The notes beneath the pieces were generated by a model. The model did no database searches, was not told where the DNA came from, and saw only the letters and a program-made list of their open reading frames with translations. A DNA stretch of 64,000 nt from NCBI GenBank assembly GCA_024233595.1, contig JACKPK010000001.1, positions 60,747-124,746 of the forward strand, read 5' to 3'. The DNA comes from Deltaproteobacteria bacterium. GTDB taxonomy: Bacteria > UBA10199 > JADGCS01. The translations under genes were made by a program, and so were the position numbers. Positions 1 to 13,550 of the stretch are shown piece by piece (within the stretch, counting starts at the first letter, position 1; each line of letters starts with the position of its first letter).

Positions 1-752
1 TCATCACGATCGAGCTCACGCAATTTGGATTTGCTGGCGCGGAACTTTTGGTGCCCACTGTGTTTTGGGCCATTTTAGGAACTGTTGCTGTTTATGGTTT
101 AACGGCCGGCCCTTTGGCTTATTTGCTAAAGCTGGCAGACCCCAACCCGCAAGGCATGTTGATTGTGGGTGGGCATGACTGGGCACAGGCCATCGCTAAA
201 TTTTTAAAAGACCAAGGCATCAAAAGTTTTATTGTCGACACCAATATGGAAAACATTCACCGCGCGCACGCCAATGGCTTGAGTGCGATCAAGCTCAACA
301 TTTTGGCAGAAGCTTCCGCGGAAGAACTTGATTTAAACGGCATTGGTCGACTCATTGCGATCACCCCAAACGAACAGGTCAATGCCATGGCTGCCATGCG
401 CTTTGCGCCTTTCTTTGGAAAAAACAAAGTGTTTCAGCTGTCCACGGAACATCGCAAATCCACTTTTCAAAAAGAGATCTCCGAAAAACTACGCGGCCGC
501 ATTTTGTTCAGCTCAGGCATGACCTTCCAATTCATCAGCGAAAAACTCGAAAACAAAGGCCAGTTTGACATCATCGAAATCACCGAAGACGATCAAAACG
601 TGCTGGCCACACCGCAATCAGGCAAAGTGGTGATCCCGCTCATTGCCATCACGCCATCAAAAGGTGTTAAGGTGTTTGCGGCAGACAATGCGCCCAATTT
701 AAAAAAAGGCGACCGACTGCTCGTATTAGAATCCAAACAAGAAGAGATTTGA
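1..752 (+). CDS. Cation:proton antiporter (Kef/CPA2-type) C-terminal portion with RCK (TrkA-N/TrkA-C) domains; 5' end lies outside the window
   Basis: Frame is open from nt 3 with no start codon, so the CDS is 5'-partial. A Rossmann-like 'MLIVGGHDWAQAIAKFLKDQG' TrkA-N motif is followed by a TrkA-C-like segment 'DIIEITEDDQNVLATPQSGKVV...GDRLLVL'. Confidence 0.55.
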   Translation, partial: ITIELTQFGFAGAELLVPTVFWAILGTVAVYGLTAGPLAYLLKLADPNPQGMLIVGGHDWAQAIAKFLKDQGIKSFIVDTNMENIHRAHANGLSAIKLNILAEASAEELDLNGIGRLIAITPNEQVNAMAAMRFAPFFGKNKVFQLSTEHRKSTFQKEISEKLRGRILFSSGMTFQFISEKLENKGQFDIIEITEDDQNVLATPQSGKVVIPLIAITPSKGVKVFAADNAPNLKKGDRLLVLESKQEEI

Positions 753-841
753 TTTCCCCTAAACCTCTTTTGATCCTTGATTCTCCTGGACGGTGTGATA
801 ATCCTGACTCGGTTTAATCGTTTTTATTTTCAGGAACACAT

Positions 842-1969
842 ATGAAATACCGCCTCATGGCCCCCGGGCCCACTCCCATTCCAGAAGAAGTCCTCACCGA
901 AATGGCCAAACCCATTAAGCACCACCGCACACCGTGGTTCGAAGGCATCGTCAAAGACGTGCAAGCCGGTTTAAAATGGCTCTTTCAAACACAAAACGAC
1001 ATCATTGTTTTGGCTTCATCAGGCTCTGGTGCCATGGAAGCCAGCATCATCAATGTTTGCCAAAAAGACGACCGCATTCTTGTTGTTAACGGCGGTAAAT
1101 TTGGCGAGCGTTTTGGTAAAATTGCAAAAGGCCACGGCATAAGCGCCGAGCTCATCGATGTCGAGTGGGGTCAAGCGGTCGATGTGAACATCATCAAAGA
1201 AAAACTCGCGCAAAATGATTACCGTGCTGTTTGCGTGCAAGCCTCGGAAACATCCACTGGCGTGGGTCATCCCATTCAAGAAATCGCCAAACTCACCAAA
1301 GATTTACCAGGCACCGCACTCATTGTCGATGGCATCACCGCTTTGGGAGTCATTGATTTACCCGTCGACAAATGGGGAATCGATTTTCTCATTGGTGGTT
1401 CGCAAAAAGCCCTCATGCTGCCCCCAGGCTTAGCCTGCTTAAGCGTGTCGGAAAAAGCCTGGAAGCTCATTGAGCAATCCAACACACCTAAGTTTTATTT
1501 TAACCTGCAAGCCGAGCGCAAAGCTGTTCATCAAAACACCACAGCCTGGACACCAACCGTGTCTTTGTTTGTAGGGCTCAAAAAAGTTTTGGAACTCATG
1601 CAAGCCGAAGGCCTACAAGAAATGTTCACGCGTCACCAACAATTAGCCGATGGCATCCGCAAAGCAGCACTAGCCAGCGAGCTCAAGTTGCTCGCTCCCG
1701 ATGCCCCTTCTAACGCGGTCACCGCTATTTATTCCCCTGACGGCATCGACTCTGGCAAAATCGTCAAACGCCTGCGCGATGATTTTAACATGACCATCGC
1801 CAATGGCCAGGATCACCTCAAAGGCAAGATCTTCCGCATTGGCCACCTTGGTTATTACGATCTATTCGACATGATCACCGTTTGGTCCGCCGTAGAAAAA
1901 ACACTTGCTGATTTGGGGCATTCTTTGCAGCTTGGGCAAGGCGTTGCCGCCATCATGAATCAGCTCTAG
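842..1969 (+). CDS. Class V aminotransferase (serine-pyruvate / alanine-glyoxylate aminotransferase family; possibly acting as phosphoserine aminotransferase given linkage to serA)
   Basis: 375 aa with 'SGSGAMEA' and 'GGSQKALMLPPGLA' (PLP-lysine region), typical of the AGAT/SgaA family. It lies immediately upstream of serA. Confidence 0.8.
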   Translation: MKYRLMAPGPTPIPEEVLTEMAKPIKHHRTPWFEGIVKDVQAGLKWLFQTQNDIIVLASSGSGAMEASIINVCQKDDRILVVNGGKFGERFGKIAKGHGISAELIDVEWGQAVDVNIIKEKLAQNDYRAVCVQASETSTGVGHPIQEIAKLTKDLPGTALIVDGITALGVIDLPVDKWGIDFLIGGSQKALMLPPGLACLSVSEKAWKLIEQSNTPKFYFNLQAERKAVHQNTTAWTPTVSLFVGLKKVLELMQAEGLQEMFTRHQQLADGIRKAALASELKLLAPDAPSNAVTAIYSPDGIDSGKIVKRLRDDFNMTIANGQDHLKGKIFRIGHLGYYDLFDMITVWSAVEKTLADLGHSLQLGQGVAAIMNQL

Positions 1970-2000
1970 CAACGATTTAAAATATAAGGACAAGCATTTA

Positions 2001-3593
2001 ATGAAAGTACTCATCTCTGACAAACTCTCGGAAACCGGGGTCAAAATTTTTCAAGACGCTCCCGGAATCGAAGTGATTTTTGAACCCGGCTTGGGCAAAG
2101 ACAGCGACAAACTCAAAAAAGTCATTGCCGATGTAGACGCCATTGCGATTCGTTCTGGCACCAATATCGATGCCGACATTCTGGCAGCCGCCAAAAACTT
2201 AAAAGTCATTGGCCGTGCCGGCATCGGTGTCGACAACGTCGATATCCCCGAGGCCAGCAAACGCGGCATCATTGTCATGAACACGCCAACAGGCAACACC
2301 ATCACCACGGCTGAACACGCCATTGCCATGATGTGCGCTCTCACGCGGAGCATCCCACAGGCCACGGCCTCTATGAAAGACGGCAAGTGGGAAAAAAGTA
2401 AATTCATGGGAGCAGAACTCACTGATAAAAATCTAGGTGTGGTTGGTTGCGGCAACATCGGTAAAATTGTGGCGAGTCGTGCTCAAGGTCTTAAAATGAA
2501 TGTCTTGGGTTTTGATCCTTTCCTTTCAGAAGAACTCGCTGAAGAACTAGGCATTACCAAAGTCACGCTTTTAGAACTTTTTCAAAAATCTGATTACATC
2601 ACCGTGCACACACCGCTAAACGAAAAAACCAAACACCTGATCAACACCGAAGCCTTTAAAGAAATGAAAAAAGGCGTGTACATCATCAACTGCGCACGCG
2701 GTGGCATTGTGGACGAGCAAGCCTTGGCGCAAGCTATTGATCAAGGCATTGTGGCTGGTGCCGCTTTGGATGTCTTTGAAGAAGAGCCCCCTGCTGCCGA
2801 TCACCCTTTGCTCAAAAGTGATCGTGTGATTTGCACCCCGCATTTAGGCGCCTCCACAGAAGAAGCGCAAGAGAACGTGGCTATCGATGTCGCCAATCAG
2901 ATTGTCGACTTTTTGGTGAACGGCAATGTCAAAAACGCGCTGAATGCCGCCAGTGCCAGTGGCAAAGAATTGCAACGCTTGGGGCCTTATTTAAATTTAG
3001 GTCAAAAAATCGGACAGTTTCACGGACAGCTTTGTGAAGAATCACCAAAAGAAATCAATGTGACTTATTTTGGCGATATTGCTGGTGAGCGCACCGCTCC
3101 TGTGACCACAGCCATTTTACAAGGCATTTTGCAGCCCATGCTTTCTGATGTTGCCATCAACAATGTCAACGCGCCTTATTTGGCAAAAGAGCGTGGCATC
3201 ACCGTTAAAGAAACAAAGAACAACAGTCATTCAGACTACACCAGTTTGATTTCGGTGAATCTTGTTTTTAAAAATGGAGAACAAAATATTTCGGGAACCA
3301 TCTTCGGACGGGAAAACCCACGCTTGGTGCAGTTTAATCAAGTGCGCCCCGAGCTTAACCCCGAAGGCAAAATCCTAATTGTGAGCAATAACGACAAACC
3401 TGGTGTGGTTGGGCGTGTGGGAACCGCCCTTGGTGAAGAAGGTGTGAACATCGCCAACATGCAACTTTGTCTTAACAATAAAAAACAACAGGCCACCGGT
3501 TTCTTTTCGGTGTCTGGTCAAATCACCCAAAAAACGTTGGATAAAATCACCGCGCTCGATGAGGTTTTGTCTGTGCAATTGGTTGAACTCTAA
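2001..3593 (+). CDS. serA: D-3-phosphoglycerate dehydrogenase, long form with C-terminal ASB/ACT regulatory domains
   Basis: 530 aa with NAD-binding 'LGVVGCGNIGKIVA', catalytic 'CARGGIVDE...HLGASTEE', and an ACT-like C-terminus 'ILIVSNNDKPGVVGRVGTALGEEGVNIANM'. Confidence 0.9.
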   Translation: MKVLISDKLSETGVKIFQDAPGIEVIFEPGLGKDSDKLKKVIADVDAIAIRSGTNIDADILAAAKNLKVIGRAGIGVDNVDIPEASKRGIIVMNTPTGNTITTAEHAIAMMCALTRSIPQATASMKDGKWEKSKFMGAELTDKNLGVVGCGNIGKIVASRAQGLKMNVLGFDPFLSEELAEELGITKVTLLELFQKSDYITVHTPLNEKTKHLINTEAFKEMKKGVYIINCARGGIVDEQALAQAIDQGIVAGAALDVFEEEPPAADHPLLKSDRVICTPHLGASTEEAQENVAIDVANQIVDFLVNGNVKNALNAASASGKELQRLGPYLNLGQKIGQFHGQLCEESPKEINVTYFGDIAGERTAPVTTAILQGILQPMLSDVAINNVNAPYLAKERGITVKETKNNSHSDYTSLISVNLVFKNGEQNISGTIFGRENPRLVQFNQVRPELNPEGKILIVSNNDKPGVVGRVGTALGEEGVNIANMQLCLNNKKQQATGFFSVSGQITQKTLDKITALDEVLSVQLVEL

Positions 3594-6358
<2,765 letters not shown>

Positions 6359-6406
6359 TATTTACTTCCTCCCCTTTGTAAGGGGAGGACTGAGGTGGGG
6401 TAGACT

Positions 6407-7135
6407 CTAGAGTTTAATGTCATTGCGGATATTTTGCAGAACAACACAAGGCTCTTTTGATTCTGTCACAGCACGGCCCAACACCAACACATGAGATCCA
6501 TTTTGCACGGCCAATTCGGGTGTGGCCACACGCTCTTGATCATCGGCATTGCCACCAGACAAGCGAATGCCCGGCGTGACCAAAACAAAATCATCACCAA
6601 GTTTGGTTTTTAAATTTTTTGCTTCTAAAGCAGAACAAACAACACCAGCAAGACCCGCTGCTTTGGCATTTTGAGCAAGACGCAAGGCATCGTTTGCCAA
6701 AGCGGCTTTTTGCCCCACTTGATTTTGCCAAGCCTCTTCGCTGTGACTTGTGAGGGCGGTCACCGCCACAATACGCAATGGGTTTGATTGCATGACCTTT
6801 GCCGCAGCCTGCATCATGTTTACACCACCCAGCGCGTGAATGGTGAGCAAATCGACCCCCAAGGCTGCTGCTGACTCACAGGCCTTTTGCACGGTTTGCG
6901 GGATGTCATGAAACTTAAGATCTAAAAAAATCTTGCCACCCTCTTTTTGAATGGCTTTGACTAAGCCAGGACCTTCGGCTGTAAAAAGTTGCAAACCCAC
7001 CTTGTAAAGATCCACCAAGCCTTTGGTTTTTTTGACCCATGCCAAAGCTTCTTGCTGATTGGCCACATCTAAGGCCAAGGCGATTTCTGGTTTGCGCGCT
7101 GTCATCAAGACGCATCCTTGTTTTTGTTTAACCAA
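6407..7135 (-). CDS. pyrF: Orotidine 5'-phosphate decarboxylase
   Basis: 242 aa with 'IFLDLKFHDIPQTV' and 'LLTIHALGG', the characteristic OMPdecase motifs. Confidence 0.85.
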   Translation of the reverse strand: MVKQKQGCVLMTARKPEIALALDVANQQEALAWVKKTKGLVDLYKVGLQLFTAEGPGLVKAIQKEGGKIFLDLKFHDIPQTVQKACESAAALGVDLLTIHALGGVNMMQAAAKVMQSNPLRIVAVTALTSHSEEAWQNQVGQKAALANDALRLAQNAKAAGLAGVVCSALEAKNLKTKLGDDFVLVTPGIRLSGGNADDQERVATPELAVQNGSHVLVLGRAVTESKEPCVVLQNIRNDIKL

Positions 7136-7773
7136 TCACGAACGATTTTTTCTTCGTCTGGCTGAATTACATTTTGTTCTGTTGCAACTTGCAAAAGCTC
7201 TTCAACATGACTCAAGGCTTGGTAAGAACCCTGCACCGCCTCAAAGGCTTTTTGCGCGGACTGAAACTGATAACTAAAAATCGCCAAACAACTGTGCACT
7301 TTATAACCTGCGTCTTGTAAAGCTTGCCAAGCCGAAACCGAACTGCCTCCAGTGCTGATCAGATCTTCCACAAGCAAAACGGTTTTGCCTTTGGTCAAGC
7401 GGCCTTCTATGCGATTTTCTTTGCCATGCGCTTTGGCGGCTCCGCGCACATACAAAAGTGGCAAAGCCAGTAAGTCGGCAAGCCATGCTGCCCAAGGAAT
7501 CCCAGCCGTAGCTGTTCCCACAACTGCATGCAGTTCGTCAGAAAAATCTTCGGTCGCTTGTAAGAAAGAATCTAAAATTTGTTCACGGGCCGCCAGGTCA
7601 GAAATCAAAACCCGGTTGTCACAATAAAGTGGACTCTTGATTCCAGAAGCAAAGGTGAAGGGATCGTTAGGCCTTAACAAAACGGCCTCTTTGTCTAAAA
7701 GTAACTCGGCAATTTCTAAACTCATGGACCCTAGCGTAGATGATTTACTTTTGATCCTCAACTGTTTAAACAA
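7105..7773 (-). CDS. pyrE: Orotate phosphoribosyltransferase
   Basis: 222 aa with PRPP-binding 'VLLVEDLISTGGS'. It overlaps pyrF by 31 nt, suggesting an operon. Confidence 0.85.
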   Translation of the reverse strand: MFKQLRIKSKSSTLGSMSLEIAELLLDKEAVLLRPNDPFTFASGIKSPLYCDNRVLISDLAAREQILDSFLQATEDFSDELHAVVGTATAGIPWAAWLADLLALPLLYVRGAAKAHGKENRIEGRLTKGKTVLLVEDLISTGGSSVSAWQALQDAGYKVHSCLAIFSYQFQSAQKAFEAVQGSYQALSHVEELLQVATEQNVIQPDEEKIVRDWLNKNKDAS

Positions 7774-7778
7774 GGGCC

Positions 7779-8213
7779 ATGAGCTCTGAATTCCCAGTCA
7801 CAATCACCATCCCTGTCCGCTTCAACGATTTGGATCCTTTTGGACACGTGAACAACGTTTCGATGATCACTTATTTAGAAGAAGCGCGCGGCGCTTATTG
7901 CCAAAAGCTTTTTGAAAACGAAAACTTTGATAATGTTTACGATTACTTTCCTTTTGTAATCGCCAACATCTCTTATAATTTTGAACGCCCTGTTTTTTAC
8001 CCCGATCAAGTCGAGGTCGGCATCCGCATTTCTAAAATCGGCACCAAAAGCATGACCATGGACTACGCCTTACGCTCGCTAAAGCAAAACAAACAGGTGG
8101 GAACCGGTCAAACAGTCGCCGTGATGTTCAACCACCAAAGCCAAAAGAGCATCAATATCCCAGACGATCTGCGCCAAAAAATCGCAAATCTCCAAAAAAA
8201 CAGCTCTTTTTAA
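7779..8213 (+). CDS. Acyl-CoA thioesterase, hotdog fold (4HBT/YbgC-like)
   Basis: 144 aa with 'VRFNDLDPFGHVNNVSMITYLEEAR', the hallmark of 4-hydroxybenzoyl-CoA-thioesterase-like hotdog proteins. Confidence 0.7.
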   Translation: MSSEFPVTITIPVRFNDLDPFGHVNNVSMITYLEEARGAYCQKLFENENFDNVYDYFPFVIANISYNFERPVFYPDQVEVGIRISKIGTKSMTMDYALRSLKQNKQVGTGQTVAVMFNHQSQKSINIPDDLRQKIANLQKNSSF

Positions 8214-8415
8214 GCCGCAGCCCGTCAAAACAACCTGACGCAGGGCACTACATTTCTAACAGGTTCTTCTCCATAAGCTATTGATTTATTTATATTTATA
8301 GCAGAACATTCCTGGCTTCGTCGCAAGCGTTCTAAAAAAGCAACTTTTGAGCCGCGTGTGCCGATGATGAGTACAGAGCCCCTAGTTTAACCCGAAGAAG
8401 CAACCGGAGTAAAAA

Positions 8416-8916
8416 ATGGACAACCCGATCAACGCAGCCAAATCAAATTTAAATCAATTACTTGCTAGCATGAATGCAGAGCAAATGATCGCAGCAGAAT
8501 CCACAGATGCCGTGGAGGATTCCGGCCAACAAGATTTTTACGTATCAACTCATTTTGCAGCCAGTGCCGCTCAGTGCAAGCCTGCCAAACAAAATAGTTC
8601 TGATTTTAATAAGACCTATCCAGGAATAACGAATTCAGAAATGGGCGCACGCTTTCACAACGAACTGGATACAATCTTTTACTCAAACCGCCAAGCCATG
8701 CTTGATATCGAAACTTTTAAAACAAATGATTTTGACAAGCGCGATGTGGCTAGCGTGAAGCTCTATTTGGGCGCGGCTCATGAATACTTGCAACAGATTG
8801 ATTATTTAGTGACTGCAGAAGAACTTGATGTTCCTCATGATCTGGCCTGCTTTTTAGAGATCGAAGCCGCTTTCAATCAAAAGCTCAGTGAGCGCCTGGC
8901 GGAACTCACTCCTTGA
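8416..8916 (+). CDS. Hypothetical protein (166 aa)
   Basis: ORF preceded by 'GGAGTAAAAAATG'. I recognise no family. Confidence 0.4.
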   Translation: MDNPINAAKSNLNQLLASMNAEQMIAAESTDAVEDSGQQDFYVSTHFAASAAQCKPAKQNSSDFNKTYPGITNSEMGARFHNELDTIFYSNRQAMLDIETFKTNDFDKRDVASVKLYLGAAHEYLQQIDYLVTAEELDVPHDLACFLEIEAAFNQKLSERLAELTP

Positions 8917-8949
8917 CACAAACCGCATTTTTAATCAGGAAGCGCACCC

Positions 8950-9495
8950 ATGGTGGACACCCTCAAAAAAACGGTTCCCTTTCTTGCTGATGCGCACAGT
9001 GCCATTGAGGATCTGCAATCTAAAGAACAATTAGATCAAGCCAACACCCAAGGTCACGAACTCTTCTCTGCAGATGACCAATACCAATGCGGCGACTTCA
9101 CCTTCCCCACACAAAATTATCCAGGTCCTAATTCGGTTGGCTTTGTTGGGCAAAAATACAAGGCCTTGTGTGAACCCAAAACATCATTGCGCATCATGGA
9201 ATTGGCCGAGTTTATTTACGAATCAAATCTGCGTAATCAAAAAGCCATCGAACACATCGGAAAAAACCCAGCCCTAAGCCAAGGCTTAGAAAAACGCTTG
9301 GATGAAGTCAGAACAAAACTAAGAGAGCTCGAAGAAGAAATCGCCAAAGACCAAGGCAACAAAGCCCGCTTTGCAGAATTCATTGCCGACGCCCAAACAA
9401 CCAACGCCGATATTCAAATCAAATTTAATGCTTATAAGGGCAAACAACGAGAAATGCTCATGAACCCCAAGGCCAAAGACTCTGGCCAACCCTAA
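8950..9495 (+). CDS. Hypothetical protein (181 aa) with charged helical C-terminus
   Basis: ORF lies 34 nt downstream of the previous gene. I recognise no family. Confidence 0.4.
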   Translation: MVDTLKKTVPFLADAHSAIEDLQSKEQLDQANTQGHELFSADDQYQCGDFTFPTQNYPGPNSVGFVGQKYKALCEPKTSLRIMELAEFIYESNLRNQKAIEHIGKNPALSQGLEKRLDEVRTKLRELEEEIAKDQGNKARFAEFIADAQTTNADIQIKFNAYKGKQREMLMNPKAKDSGQP

Positions 9496-9519
9496 TCGAT
9501 TATTTCTACGACTAATATT

Positions 9520-10101
9520 TTACGAAAGCAAACGCACCAGATCAGCATCGCGCTGTTCTTGCTTACGCTGTTCTTCTTCTTCGATGGCTTCTTGGTCACC
9601 TAAAACAACACCAGGAGTGCCTCTTAAGTTTTTAAGGTTATAACCATTGCGGGTAGCCAATTCGAGGTAAGTGTGCGCCCCGTTTTCGACCAAATAAGCC
9701 CCTGCAAAAGTGTTTTCTGGGCAGTTTCCTAAATCGTAATACTCATTGAGGCTCATTTCGTAATCGTCGACAAATTCGGCATAAAAACGTTCTGTGCTGG
9801 GCTGCCAAAAGCCAGTATCGCCACCGTAATCAATTGTTGCCGTTAAATGAGAAAAACGCCGAAAAGTGCGAGGCTTGTCTTTGTCTCCCCAAGAAGATGG
9901 TAGTCTAAAAAAACTCTCTTCACGCACAATGATTTCGTCTTTGATCCCGTCATCATTCACATCGGCTTCAAAGCGCACTGTGAAATCATTCAAGCAGGCA
10001 TTTGGGTCTAAACTGTTAATTTGAAAATCATCATGACTTTGGGCAATGAGACGGGTTCTTATCATAAAAAAGATTGTTTCGGGTTTGTGAACATAGCGCA
10101 A
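9520..10101 (-). CDS. Hypothetical protein (193 aa)
   Basis: ORF convergent with the two preceding hypothetical genes. It has an acidic, Glu-rich C-terminus and no recognised motifs. Confidence 0.4.
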   Translation of the reverse strand: MRYVHKPETIFFMIRTRLIAQSHDDFQINSLDPNACLNDFTVRFEADVNDDGIKDEIIVREESFFRLPSSWGDKDKPRTFRRFSHLTATIDYGGDTGFWQPSTERFYAEFVDDYEMSLNEYYDLGNCPENTFAGAYLVENGAHTYLELATRNGYNLKNLRGTPGVVLGDQEAIEEEEQRKQEQRDADLVRLLS

Positions 10102-10308
10102 GTTTTTTTTACGCAGAGCGCAAAATAGACTGAGTTTGTCACTATTCTTACAAACAAATCCCTGGGAAAAGCCCTTGTATCATGGTGTGAACGTATTATG
10201 GAAGAAATTGTCATGATCTTCTTAGCAACTCTTTTGAGCAAGGCTCGATAACAAATATGTGGGTGAAAAACCCAGTTAACGCACCCGGGTCTATTTAGAG
10301 GGAGAACA

Positions 10309-10893
10309 ATGAACGCTGACAAATCCGCCCAGACAATCAAAAACATCATCGGCATTCAGAATAACTTACGCTCTATTTATGATCACTCTCTGAGCGAAGC
10401 CGAATGGCAGATTCCCAACGAAACCTTTTTAATGGTCGAGCCCTTTTTGCGCCCTGGCCTTAAGTACTTAGAAATTGGCATTGGCAAAACTGACCTTGCC
10501 GAAAAAATCGCCGAAGCGGGTTGCTTTGTGACAGGCATCGCTGTTTCAGCCGTAGCTCTAGCAGATTACAAAGAAGAGCACCCCGTGTTTGAATTGATTT
10601 TAGACGATATCGAAACCGGGTTGCAAAATCTGAAGCAGCGTGAATTTGAATTGATTGCCGCGACCACAGCCTTAGAATCTGTGTCCGATCTAGACGACGC
10701 TCTGTCTCTCTTACAAGAACAACTCGCACCCAATGGCTTGCTTTGTTTTAGTGATGTGCGCACGCGCGTCGAGATTGAACAAAGCTTAAAACGACAAGGC
10801 TTTAAGCTTTTGGAAGAAAAAGTTTTGTTCTCTGATTCAGAAAGCGAATCAAAGCATCAGCGTCGCATTATTTTAGCCGCTTCTTTGGCATAA
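10309..10893 (+). CDS. Putative class I SAM-dependent methyltransferase-like protein
   Basis: 194 aa with '[28 protein letters not shown]', which resembles methyltransferase motif I. The assignment is weak. Confidence 0.4.
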   Translation: MNADKSAQTIKNIIGIQNNLRSIYDHSLSEAEWQIPNETFLMVEPFLRPGLKYLEIGIGKTDLAEKIAEAGCFVTGIAVSAVALADYKEEHPVFELILDDIETGLQNLKQREFELIAATTALESVSDLDDALSLLQEQLAPNGLLCFSDVRTRVEIEQSLKRQGFKLLEEKVLFSDSESESKHQRRIILAASLA

Positions 10894-11831
10894 TAAGTGA
10901 TGATAAGATCTGCGCCAGCTCGACGTATGCTGGTCAAAGATTCCATCATGGCTTTTTCTTCATCTAACCAACCATTTTGCGCTGCCGCTTTGATCATAGC
11001 GTACTCACCACTCACATGATAAGCCGCAATCGGCACATCGAACTCGTCTTTTAATCCTTGGATGATATCCAAATAAGCCAAGGCCGGTTTCACCATGAGG
11101 ATGTCAGCACCCTCTGAAACATCTAGATCCGCTTCGCGCAAGGCCTCGCGGGCGTTGGCTGGATCCATTTGGTAAGTGCTGCGGTCGCCTTCGCCTGGAG
11201 CGCATTCAGCGGCTTCACGAAAAGGGCCATAAAATGCAGACGCGTACTTCACCGCGTAGCTCATGATTGGCACGTTTTGAAAACCCTCTTCATCTAATCC
11301 GGCTCGAATAGAATCAACCATGCCGTCCATCATGCCAGAGGGCGCGACCATATCGGCACCCGCTTGCGCATGATTCACCGCTTGTTTGGCAAGATTGGCA
11401 AGCGTGGCGTCGTTATCGACATCGCCATTTTTAAGGATACCGCAATGACCATGACTGGTGTACTCGCAAAAACACTCATCTGTGATGACGTAAAGATCCG
11501 GCGCGTGCTCTTTGAGTTCTTGAATGGCACGGTTGATGATGTTGTTCTTTTTCCACGCCACGGTGCCCTGCTCGTCTTTTTGCGATGGGATGCCAAAAAG
11601 AATCACCGCGGGAATGCCTAAATCTTTTAAACTTTGCGCTTCTTTTTTGAGATGATCGACCGAAAGTTGAAACTGCCCCGGCATAGAAGAGATTGGTTTT
11701 TTAACCTGATCACCTTCCACCACAAAGAGTGGGTAAATGAGCTGCTCTGGAGATAAACGTGTTTCGCGCACCATGGAACGCAGTACAGCAGATTGACGCA
11801 AACGACGCGGACGAACAATTGGGAAAACCAT
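10857..11831 (-). CDS. hemB: Porphobilinogen synthase (delta-aminolevulinic acid dehydratase)
   Basis: 324 aa with '[11 protein letters not shown]', 'YHVSGEYAM' and a Schiff-base lysine context 'ILMVKPA', characteristic of HemB. Confidence 0.9.
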   Translation of the reverse strand: MVFPIVRPRRLRQSAVLRSMVRETRLSPEQLIYPLFVVEGDQVKKPISSMPGQFQLSVDHLKKEAQSLKDLGIPAVILFGIPSQKDEQGTVAWKKNNIINRAIQELKEHAPDLYVITDECFCEYTSHGHCGILKNGDVDNDATLANLAKQAVNHAQAGADMVAPSGMMDGMVDSIRAGLDEEGFQNVPIMSYAVKYASAFYGPFREAAECAPGEGDRSTYQMDPANAREALREADLDVSEGADILMVKPALAYLDIIQGLKDEFDVPIAAYHVSGEYAMIKAAAQNGWLDEEKAMMESLTSIRRAGADLIITYYAKEAAKIMRR

Positions 11832-11956
11832 AAAAAATCCTTTCGCCTTGGAAAATGTTGTCGAACGGCAAAAGTCTTAATGACCTAATGCTACCGGTGG
11901 CCGCTCGCGAGCGGTCATGAATACGACGACTTCTCTCCCTAATCAAGAAGTTCTCC

Positions 11957-12670
11957 TTGTTTGCTAAACCCTTTCGTTTTATCCCAAAGGCAATGACAAA
12001 CATCGCCGCAAATCTCCAAGTCCTACTCGATGAAATCAACACCGAGACCCAAGATCCGGTCATGTTGGTGGCTGTTTCCAAAAAACAATCTGCTCTTGCC
12101 ATTCGACACGCTTATGACTGTGGTCAAAAAGATTTTGGCGAAAACTACGTGCAAGAGCTTTTAGACAAACAAGAAGAACTCAAAGATCTAAACATCAACT
12201 GGCATTTTATTGGTCACTTGCAACGCAACAAAGCCAAATACATTGTTGGAAAAGTGCACCTGATTCAGGGAGTCGATAACCCGAAACTTCTGCAAGAGAT
12301 CGAAAAACAAGCGTCTAAACAACACGTTCAACAAAAGATTCTTTTGCAAGTGAATGTCTCGGGTGAAGAATCAAAATCAGGCTGCCAAGACAAAGATCTT
12401 TTTGAACTCATCACCAAAGCAAACGCGTGCGAACACATCACGCTTTGTGGGCTCATGACCATTGGTTCCACAGCAGCCAATGAGCAAACAAAGCAATCAG
12501 AATTCACACGATTAAAAAATCTCTTTGAGGAAGCCAAAACTCAAGTAAAAGATCCTAACTGCTGGACGGAGCTTTCTATGGGCATGAGCGGCGATTTTAA
12601 ACTCGCCATAAAACAAGGCTCCACCATGGTGCGCGTGGGCACACGTATTTTTGGAGAGCGCGATAAATGA
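11957..12670 (+). CDS. yggS: YggS-family pyridoxal-phosphate homeostasis protein
   Basis: Carries 'LVAVSKKQ' (PLP lysine) and 'HFIGHLQRNK'. It is followed by proC and yggT as in the conserved cluster. The true start may be an internal Met. Confidence 0.85.
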   Translation: MFAKPFRFIPKAMTNIAANLQVLLDEINTETQDPVMLVAVSKKQSALAIRHAYDCGQKDFGENYVQELLDKQEELKDLNINWHFIGHLQRNKAKYIVGKVHLIQGVDNPKLLQEIEKQASKQHVQQKILLQVNVSGEESKSGCQDKDLFELITKANACEHITLCGLMTIGSTAANEQTKQSEFTRLKNLFEEAKTQVKDPNCWTELSMGMSGDFKLAIKQGSTMVRVGTRIFGERDK

Positions 12671-13482
12671 AAAACACAAAACACAAAATTGGCTTCATTG
12701 GTTTTGGCAACATGGCGCAAGCCATCACAAATGGCTTGCTGCGCTCTAAATTGCTTTCTCCCAAAAATATTTTCTTTGTTTGTAAAACCGAAGAAAACAA
12801 AAAAGCCGTTCAAAAAAAATGGAAAATCCAAGCGGCCAGCTCCCTAAAAGAACTTGCTGAAGCAAGCGACATTCTGATCTTAGCAACCAAACCCCAACAA
12901 GCCACAGAATATTTAGAAGAGCTCTCACAACACGTAAAACATCACCTGCTCATTTCGGTGATGGCAGGCGTGACCACAGAAACTTTGCAAAACAAATTAA
13001 ATTGGAAAGGCTCCATTGTACGTGCCATGCCCAATACGCCTGGTTTAATCGGCCAAGGCGCAACAGGGATATTTTTTAACAAAGCTTGTCAAAAGTCCGA
13101 AAAAGACCATGTGCGCTTATTGTTTTCGGAATTGGGTCTGGTCGGCGAAATCAAAACCGAAGAGCTCATGGACGTGATCACCGCCCTTTCGGGTTCTGGT
13201 CCTGCTTTTGTGTATGAGTTTGCGCGAACCCTCATGCAAACAGCCGAGGAACTTGGTTTGGACGCAAAATTAGCCAAGGACTTTACCTTGCAAACACTGC
13301 ACGGAGCCACCGAGATGCTCAAACACAGCGAACACAGCCCTGAAGAACTGCGCGATCAGGTCACAAGCAAAGGTGGCACCACCGAAGCCGGCTTGAACCT
13401 CTTGCACAAAAAGCAGTTTGCAGAGACTTTGAGCGCGTGTATAAAAGCTGCAGCGGAACGTGCGCAGGAGCTCCGCAATTAA
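12667..13482 (+). CDS. proC: Pyrroline-5-carboxylate reductase
   Basis: 271 aa with 'IGFIGFGNMAQAI' Rossmann and 'VTSKGGTTEAGL' motifs. The start overlaps the yggS stop. Confidence 0.85.
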   Translation: MKNTKHKIGFIGFGNMAQAITNGLLRSKLLSPKNIFFVCKTEENKKAVQKKWKIQAASSLKELAEASDILILATKPQQATEYLEELSQHVKHHLLISVMAGVTTETLQNKLNWKGSIVRAMPNTPGLIGQGATGIFFNKACQKSEKDHVRLLFSELGLVGEIKTEELMDVITALSGSGPAFVYEFARTLMQTAEELGLDAKLAKDFTLQTLHGATEMLKHSEHSPEELRDQVTSKGGTTEAGLNLLHKKQFAETLSACIKAAAERAQELRN

Positions 13483-13550
13483 CAAGCCCCCTAAGGCGCA
13501 TGGCGCCAAACTTATCTGTCGGTAAAAAAGGGGCAAAAACTGGAGATCTT

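Noticed and set aside
1019-1485. Antisense ORFs inside the aminotransferase gene, and similar 60-130-aa antisense ORFs inside serA, purA, uvrD, glmS, bamA, lysS, rhs and others
   Set aside because: They are contained within well-supported long genes on the opposite strand with no independent signals. This is typical background for moderate-GC DNA.
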